A stretch of 64,000 nucleotides of DNA from Candidatus Bathyarchaeia archaeon (GTDB taxonomy: Archaea; Thermoproteota; Bathyarchaeia; Bathyarchaeales; Bathycorpusculaceae), in the NCBI GenBank assembly GCA_050010755.1, contig JBEKKK010000001.1:1-64000 (forward strand), written 5' to 3'. This document shows positions 58,190-64,000 of the stretch, in pieces; position 1 is the stretch's first letter; each line of letters starts with the position of its first letter. The translations under genes were made by a program, and so were the position numbers. Below the pieces are notes generated by a model. It was not told where the DNA came from. It saw only the letters and a program-made list of their open reading frames with translations, and searched no databases.

Positions 58190-58258
58190 ACATCAGGGGT
58201 CTGTCCGTCATAAGTTCTTCATCTTATAAATCAGACTGGGACGGCTACATCATCCCCC
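58190..58258 (-). ncRNA. C/D-box guide sRNA (putative targets: 23S rRNA P-loop and A-loop)
   Basis: ATGATGT, AGCCGTCCCAGT, CTGA, ATGAAGA, ACTTATGACGGACAGACCC, CTGA in order; TATA-like TTTATCT about 25 nt upstream. Confidence 0.72.
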
Positions 58259-58726
58259 AAACCTTAGCAGCGTTCCAGACAGATAAACTGTTTGCGAGCG
58301 TTTTTATCGCTGAAAAAGTGCAAATTTATGCATTGTTTCCAAATCAGTAATATATCGCATTTCGAAGACAGTTGATGCTTTCATTTTCATAGATTCTCAA
58401 GAATGATTGAACATGATCCATCAGAATGTGCCAGCCGACCCGCTCGAATGGAAGATTCTTCTATAACAATCTTCCACAAGGATTATGTATTCTTCAAGAG
58501 AGTCTTCACAGGAAAGAGAAGGGAAGAAACAAAAACAAGGCGAGGGAAAAGACAGGGGAGAAAGGAAGAATATCTTGTCTTTTCCCCCTCCACAAAGTAT
58601 TCTATGCAGCTTTTTACTTAAGTCGTTGTCGCTTTCCCTTGGCGCGTTCTTCCATGTCCCATGGACCACATTGGGGCAACAATCGAAGACAAAAATTAAG
58701 ATCATTGGGCAGGAAAAAAAGGAAGC

Positions 58727-59047
58727 CTAATGGTCGTCCAGTCTCTTTTGAAGTGCTTTTATTGTACCTGAAACGGCTAAGACGTGCATGGCCACGGGCT
58801 TTTTTCCAACCTGGCTTATTGATGCCAATGCGGTTCGAAGCATTTCAAGCGTCGTATGCCCAGTGCGAACAATCGCCAACTTTTTGGTCGCATCATAATC
58901 AATCAGACTCAACCCAGCTTGGCTCGCACCGTACTCCCCGAAAAGCCTAGAAACAGCCCCCCAGACAGCATCCATGAAATCGCGGGAACCCAACGTCTCA
59001 TCGGAGTCTATCGACACCGCTAGATAGCGACGCTTCACTACCTTCAA
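58727..59047 (-). CDS. rnp2: RNase P protein Pop5/Rpp14
   Basis: KRRYL, LFGEYG and VSGTIKAL; adjacent to Rpp30. Confidence 0.9.
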   Translation of the reverse strand: MKVVKRRYLAVSIDSDETLGSRDFMDAVWGAVSRLFGEYGASQAGLSLIDYDATKKLAIVRTGHTTLEMLRTALASISQVGKKPVAMHVLAVSGTIKALQKRLDDH

Positions 59048-59775
59048 CCGTTTCCTCCTCTTCTGACAATCATTACTCCAGGAGCGACAAACTTGGAGCC
59101 AAGCTTCTCCCTGTTCCTTTTCACTATTGCCATGGGATTCTTGGAAACCGCTTCACAAGCCCCCCTTCCGGACAAGTCGAAAAGCGATGCCAACGCCGCA
59201 AGCTCCCTCGGTCTGCGCATCAGCATCTCATCCGAGACTCCACTCGATATCACGACTGGAACGTGAAATTCTCGAGCTGTGGCCGCTTCTCGGCGCAAAC
59301 TCGAAAGAAGCCTTATTCTTGCCGGTCCTTCCAGGGTCAATAAGGGTTTCACGTCTATTTCAAGAGAAGCCAAACAGTTTGAGGCCAATTCGGCTTCGGC
59401 CGCATCGAAGAAGCCTCTGCGAAAGTCGGGTTGAGGAAAGTTCAGCAGGTCCACCCGACGGTCTTTTGCCGCTTGCCTTGCAACATTTTTCGATTCACAC
59501 ATCACAGCGACTACATCGAACCTGCGTCTGAGTTTCCGCAAGAAGCCGATGAGCTCTTCCGGCGTGTGCGGCCTCAGATCCACGCGGGACGCGAAGTCCA
59601 AGTTGCATCTGTCGCAAGTTTCCCGTGCCTGCCTAATCTGCTCTTCAGAAAACTTTCGAGACGGAATCGCAATCAATGTGTAACCGAGTTTCGACGCCTT
59701 GCCCACTGCACGTGAAAACAGCTCCATCTTGTCGCCGTCCACGCAGAGATGCAGATCCGAGTAAACCCGTTTCAT
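59044..59775 (-). CDS. rnp3: RNase P protein Rpp30
   Basis: DLH, ARQAAKDRRVDLL, VVISSG..R.PR and S.NP. Confidence 0.9.
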   Translation of the reverse strand: MKRVYSDLHLCVDGDKMELFSRAVGKASKLGYTLIAIPSRKFSEEQIRQARETCDRCNLDFASRVDLRPHTPEELIGFLRKLRRRFDVVAVMCESKNVARQAAKDRRVDLLNFPQPDFRRGFFDAAEAELASNCLASLEIDVKPLLTLEGPARIRLLSSLRREAATAREFHVPVVISSGVSDEMLMRRPRELAALASLFDLSGRGACEAVSKNPMAIVKRNREKLGSKFVAPGVMIVRRGGNG

Positions 59776-60224
59776 GGTAGTAACCCGAATTTTCTGCAGA
59801 TGTCTATCACTTCTTCGGTGCTGGGTTTCCTGAAGTGCATTCGCACATGTATGGGATCTGGGGAGCCTAACCTGAACTCGCCCAAGTAAGCAGATTGTTT
59901 GTCGAGGCGTATGAACAAGTTACCACTCTCCACGTGCTGAGCGATTTCGCTGTTCAAAGCTTCTTTGTCCACCATGGCAAGGTTCGAGGCAAGCTTCTCA
60001 AGAAGCATCCTAGCCGCCTTCTTGTTCTTGATTCGCGCTTCGAACAACGTTATTGGGTTTCCATGATGCCCCGTCAAAGCCGTCCTCTTGAACGTGACGG
60101 TATCTGCCGATTCCGCTGGCAGAATGTTGCGGACAGCCTTCAGAACTCTTTCCAAGTCTTCCGTTGCATGGGCAAAAACTCGCACGTCAACGTATGCAAT
60201 CGGAGCCACGGAAGACAAAAACAC
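59772..60224 (-). CDS. Exosome-associated RNA-binding protein (COG1325)
   Basis: HATED..RV, GHHGNPI and RLDKQ.AY.G. Confidence 0.9.
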   Translation of the reverse strand: MFLSSVAPIAYVDVRVFAHATEDLERVLKAVRNILPAESADTVTFKRTALTGHHGNPITLFEARIKNKKAARMLLEKLASNLAMVDKEALNSEIAQHVESGNLFIRLDKQSAYLGEFRLGSPDPIHVRMHFRKPSTEEVIDICRKFGLLP

Positions 60225-60249
60225 ATCACTTATACCCTGTTGGCGCCTG

Positions 60250-60561
60250 TCAGCTTTTAGGCTTTCCCTTCTGCTTTGGTTTGGGAGCTACCTTCTGCTT
60301 TGGTTTGGGAGCTACCTTCGGCGTCGGTGTTGGAGCCGGTTTCGGCTTTGGTTTGGAAGCGAGTCTCCTGTCTTTAACGAAGGTTTTGGCATCCTCGACG
60401 TTCTTGTCGTGGGATGTTTTTCTCTTATCGTCCACTGGTAGGCCGAGTTTTACAGCTTCTTTCAGGCTTGATCCAGCCTTTTTCAATTCTTCTCGGCTGA
60501 AACCCCTTCCGAACCGTTCTTTCCCATCGTTCTTGAATACTTTCGGCCTCGTTGGTGTCAA
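60250..60561 (-). CDS. rpl13e: 50S ribosomal protein L13e with K/P-rich tail
   Basis: R.GRGFS..EL..AG..A.KLGL.VD..RKT.H..NV. Confidence 0.85.
   Translation of the reverse strand: MTPTRPKVFKNDGKERFGRGFSREELKKAGSSLKEAVKLGLPVDDKRKTSHDKNVEDAKTFVKDRRLASKPKPKPAPTPTPKVAPKPKQKVAPKPKQKGKPKS
60267..60319. repeat. 24-bp tandem repeat (about 2.2 copies) in the L13e tail
   Basis: CCTTCTGCTTTGGTTTGGGAGCTA twice, encoding KVAPKPKQ. Confidence 0.85.
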
Positions 60562-60564
60562 GGA

Positions 60565-61143
60565 CTATTTTCCTCCCGCGCCCGCTTTCAAGCTAGGCCT
60601 AACCTTTTCGGCTCCGCGTCCTCTTGTTCTCAGAGCCCTGACCTTCTTGCCTGCACTGGTTAGGCTTCTGAACGCTCTTCTGCGGTGTTGCTTCTGGCCT
60701 ATCCACCTGATGTTCTTATCGGCCTTTATCGCCGGATGATGCGCGTCGACCATTATCACTTCAAACCATTTTGAAACGCCGTCTTCTCCAACCCAGTAAG
60801 AGTTCAGGACTTCAAGGTTGGGAAACTTTCTTGCGACTCTTTCTTCGGCGATCAGCCTCAGGCTTTTTGAAGGCTTGAACTTTTTGACCCCCATCCGTTT
60901 CGGCCTTCTGCCCGCCTTAGGCCTCTGCTTTCGCATTCCCCCTCTTCTTATGCGAACGCGCGCCAAAACGAAGCCTTGCTTCGCCTTGTATCCCAGCTTT
61001 CTAGCCTTATCTAAGCGCGTCGGTTTCTCCACTCGGGTTATAACCGACTGCCCGCGCCATTCAATCAATCTCTGATGCATTAACTCGTCGACATAGGATT
61101 TCTCATGTTGAGCCCATGCCTCTGCAATGTATTTGTACGTCAA
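60565..61143 (-). CDS. rpl15e: 50S ribosomal protein L15e
   Basis: [27 protein letters not shown] and LTSAG; TTG start after AGGTG RBS. Confidence 0.96.
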   Translation of the reverse strand: MTYKYIAEAWAQHEKSYVDELMHQRLIEWRGQSVITRVEKPTRLDKARKLGYKAKQGFVLARVRIRRGGMRKQRPKAGRRPKRMGVKKFKPSKSLRLIAEERVARKFPNLEVLNSYWVGEDGVSKWFEVIMVDAHHPAIKADKNIRWIGQKQHRRRAFRSLTSAGKKVRALRTRGRGAEKVRPSLKAGAGGK

Positions 61144-61168
61144 TCGTTTCCACCTTAACATTAGTTTA

Positions 61169-61212
61169 CGGTTCAGCCTTTACGGCCACATCCCTGCGGA
61201 CTTCAATCCGCC
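61169..61212 (-). promoter_or_regulatory. Structured 5' leader of rpl15e (eL15 r-leader-like)
   Basis: GCGGA-TTGAAG-TCCGC hairpin followed by GG-GATGT-GGCC-GTAA-AGGC-TGAA-CC internal-loop stem. Confidence 0.6.
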
Positions 61213-61334
61213 AGTAGCTTGAGTCATAGCATCAAGCACCAAAATAAACCTTTCCAGAGCGCACGGGAATTGACTGCTTCACATTGAGAGGTAAGCTGGT
61301 AGTGCGCGCACAGAGCTCTGGGAGCAGGAAATGA

Positions 61335-62696
61335 CTATTTCACGATTCGTGAATTGGCTTCTTTAAACATTGTTAAGGTCTGTAACCGCCACTTTTCAAA
61401 GCCTTCTGGAGCAACCGGATACGTCTTGTAGTGTGCTTTGACTTGTTTCATCATGTTCACCGTGACGCGCAACCTGTTCAGGAACCTTATTCTCTTCAAC
61501 CCTTTGAAAACGCGTTTTGCAGTCTCCGAAACGTTCAGATGAAAGTCTTCGCCCATACCAGCCTTCAGAACATCCTCTTCTTTCAACAGCTGATAGTTCA
61601 TTCCATAGTTGAGGTCTTCGTCACGACTCTTCAGGAGCAGCAAACGGAAAATGTCCAGACTGGCCTGTTTCGCCCCGTAAATTTCCTCGTACCTGCAATT
61701 GTAAGGCCACAGTGCTTTCCTGCTGAAGTCATCTTTGTTGAAGGCCTCGAGGATTGTTTTGCCCACAAGGTGGCCGCTCAGCATTGACGGGCCTATGCCC
61801 CCACCGTGGATCGGATTGACGAGGCAGGCCGCATCGCCGATTATTGCCACTCCGTTGCCCACCATGTTATCAAGAGGCCTTCGCGTTGGATCGTACCACG
61901 CGCCTCCATTCAGGAGTAATGATCCCTCAAACATGGGTCTCGGCAGAATATGCTGATAAAACTGGTTTTTGGGGTTCGGGAAATCCCCTCGCATGCAAAT
62001 TCCCACGCCGGCGTTGACTCTCGCTCCGCTTTTTGGAAAAATCCAACTGTAGCCTCCGGGGCTAATCCTCTGATTCAGATAGATTTCGCAGTACTTTGTG
62101 TTCTCAGTTTCCTGCCTAAGCTGCCGTATTTCGCGATAGCAAGCTTCAACGTCTTCGTTTGCGACGTCGTTTTCGATTCCTAATTCTTGCGGAAGTTTTT
62201 TTCTGACAACGGCCACAAACCCACTCGCATCCACGATTACCTTGCTCTTCAACCGGGCATCTTTGCCAGTCTTCATGTTTTTGACCACGACACCTGTCAC
62301 GTAATGTTTCTCAATGATCGGTTTCAGACACTGTGCTGAATCAAGGAGACTTGAACCTTCATCGAGCGCTTTTCTCAACAGCCATTGCCCAAACAGGTGC
62401 CTGTTCAGCAAATAGCCCACGAAATCCTCATGTTCAATAGTGAAGACCGTATGCAAATCGGGCGAATATATCTTGATGCCCTCGATTCGCTTCTCCAGTT
62501 CACCGCCCTGTGGCTTTTCCAAACCCAAGTTTTTCAGATGATGCTCGCCCAACGCGTCGCCGCAGACTTTCTCTCCAATCTCCTCCCTCTTCTTTCTCTC
62601 AACCATACAGACTTTCAGGCCCGCCTCAGCTGTGGTTTTCGCCGCCAAGCATCCAGCGGTCCCAGCCCCAACAACTATGACATCGAATTCTTCCAA
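61335..62696 (-). CDS. Geranylgeranyl reductase (DGGGPL reductase family)
   Basis: VGAGTAG, K.CGD, DASG, GGYSWIFP and GDAA..VNP.HGGGI. Confidence 0.92.
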   Translation of the reverse strand: MEEFDVIVVGAGTAGCLAAKTTAEAGLKVCMVERKKREEIGEKVCGDALGEHHLKNLGLEKPQGGELEKRIEGIKIYSPDLHTVFTIEHEDFVGYLLNRHLFGQWLLRKALDEGSSLLDSAQCLKPIIEKHYVTGVVVKNMKTGKDARLKSKVIVDASGFVAVVRKKLPQELGIENDVANEDVEACYREIRQLRQETENTKYCEIYLNQRISPGGYSWIFPKSGARVNAGVGICMRGDFPNPKNQFYQHILPRPMFEGSLLLNGGAWYDPTRRPLDNMVGNGVAIIGDAACLVNPIHGGGIGPSMLSGHLVGKTILEAFNKDDFSRKALWPYNCRYEEIYGAKQASLDIFRLLLLKSRDEDLNYGMNYQLLKEEDVLKAGMGEDFHLNVSETAKRVFKGLKRIRFLNRLRVTVNMMKQVKAHYKTYPVAPEGFEKWRLQTLTMFKEANSRIVK

Positions 62697-62961
62697 GCCG
62701 ACACACGCTCAACAGTTCCAATCTAGTTCGCCAATAGAGGCTCATAACTTTTGCTGAGTCTTTATATGCTTACTCGCCATCCGTCCCCTCAACTCCGAGC
62801 AATACTCGAAGGCTTTGACACGTCAGCAACGTATTTGTTACTTGCATCAGCGGGCAGGATTGCGCGTTTGAAAGACGTCTAAATGAGAGTCTATTTATAG
62901 GAAATGTGTAGTTCTAGTACAGATTGAGCGTTCATAATCGTTAATATACTCAAGAGCAACC

Positions 62962-63246
62962 ATGGACACAAGAATCAAAAAAGGTGTGCTTAACGATATG
63001 ATGAAGAAAGCTGATGTTAAGAAAAATATGGTTTACACGATTGACTTGACGAAAATCGATGGAGACGGAGCTTTTGAATGCCCGAAATGCGGATCTTTAA
63101 TATCGCCAGAAGACGAAACTGACACCACGTACGAGATCGTTGAAACCAAAGTCAAGGGTGACGACCTGGAAGAACTGGTGCTAACCTGCAAGAAATGCGG
63201 AACCACCATCAAGCTTGTAGGTTTTTTGGCACAGCCCCAAGCTTGA
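62962..63246 (+). CDS. Small Zn-finger protein
   Basis: IDLTKIDGDG.F.CPKCG..ISP.D..CKKCG. Confidence 0.82.
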   Translation: MDTRIKKGVLNDMMKKADVKKNMVYTIDLTKIDGDGAFECPKCGSLISPEDETDTTYEIVETKVKGDDLEELVLTCKKCGTTIKLVGFLAQPQA

Positions 63247-63262
63247 CTTTGATAGCTTCCGT

Positions 63263-63487
63263 CTAACCCTCTTGTTCAAGTTTCCTACTTATTCCAGCAA
63301 AAACCGCCCATACCATAGCGCCATAGAAGAGGCCGTTTAGGACGGCGCTGAAATACAAAGAGTACTCGTTTACAGCTGGCCCCAGCTTGTAACATATGAA
63401 ATTTCCTGGAAACATGGGGAAAGGAGCCAATAGAGACGCCGCTGTAAACATCAAGAAGAAAATAAGCATAATCGGCGTCCCTCGCAT
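63263..63487 (-). CDS. Small 2-TM membrane protein
   Basis: P.PMFPG and NGL.YG between two hydrophobic segments. Confidence 0.7.
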   Translation of the reverse strand: MRGTPIMLIFFLMFTAASLLAPFPMFPGNFICYKLGPAVNEYSLYFSAVLNGLFYGAMVWAVFAGISRKLEQEG

Positions 63488-63603
63488 TATCCGTTCACCT
63501 TCAAAGGCTTCGAAATGTTTTTGACGTGCTGAGTTCAAGGGTCTCGTAAGATTTTATAAACGTTTTTGTATGGATGTACAACAAAAATACAGATTACGAA
63601 TAA

Positions 63604-64000
63604 CTAAAGAATCGGCGTGAAAGGAACGGCACACAAGATGAATATAACTACCAGACCGACTGCGACTAGTTTTCTACTCCATGACAGGCTGGAAACATCA
63701 TCCAAAGGACCTGGGTGCCTGAAGGACAGCATCAAGACTACCAAAAAGGCCATCGGAACGAGCCCTTCAATGAATAGGTACACGATTGAAATGGCAGCAA
63801 GGGCAAATCTAAAATTCCTGTTTTCCCCTAGAACTGACCGTGCTACGTGACCCCCATCCAACATCGCAACTGGGAGTAGGTTCAGCGTTGTGACGAGCAT
63901 TCCAACCCAACCGGCAAATGCCACAGGATGCAAGAACAGAACGTCACCCTGTGGAGCCTTAGGGAACAAGTTCAAACCTCGCAGAAATAATTCAAGAATT
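63604..64000 (-). CDS. Site-2 protease (M50), 3' part truncated by the window edge
   Basis: HPVAFAGWVG, NLLP..LDGGH and HPGPLDD. Confidence 0.92.
   Translation of the reverse strand, partial: ILELFLRGLNLFPKAPQGDVLFLHPVAFAGWVGMLVTTLNLLPVAMLDGGHVARSVLGENRNFRFALAAISIVYLFIEGLVPMAFLVVLMLSFRHPGPLDDVSSLSWSRKLVAVGLVVIFILCAVPFTPIL

Noticed and set aside
58403-58950. Several overlapping ORFs, or RNase P RNA next to pop5/rpp30
   Set aside because: The ORFs are low-complexity or antisense, and the conserved RNase P RNA P4 motifs were not found. Only simple hairpins are present.
1-64000. CRISPR array, IS element or prophage
   Set aside because: No regularly spaced repeats, and no transposase, integrase or viral structural genes recognised.

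Overview
Archaeal chromosomal window, most consistent with Bathyarchaeia or a related TACK lineage. This is inferred from rpl13e, BHB-type tRNA introns at non-canonical positions, a NosD-CARDB-dockerin surface protein, HdrA-MvhD fusions and frequent TTG/GTG/CTG starts. About 1.9-38.4 kb is an accessory region lying downstream of tRNA-Phe, with no visible integrase. It holds a type I restriction-modification system with a frameshifted hsdS, a wHTH plus DUF6036 nucleotidyltransferase pair flanked by a duplicated gene, many single small genes in mixed orientation, a MarR-ABC exporter and a Fur/Zur-ZnuABC locus. About 42-55 kb is a redox cluster that mixes quinone biosynthesis genes (menA, polyprenyl synthase, menG-like), proline dehydrogenase, hdrBC and two HdrA-MvhD fusions. 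About 58-64 kb is core genome (RNase P proteins, rpl13e, rpl15e, geranylgeranyl reductase, site-2 protease). The most striking unexplained signal is a degenerate palindrome, (T/A)AGCGCGCGCT(A/T), present in most intergenic gaps. It marks both ends of a duplicated gene unit and flanks several orphan gene fragments. I also found an unannotated C/D-box sRNA whose two guides match the 23S rRNA P-loop and A-loop. All calls are by eye, without database searches.
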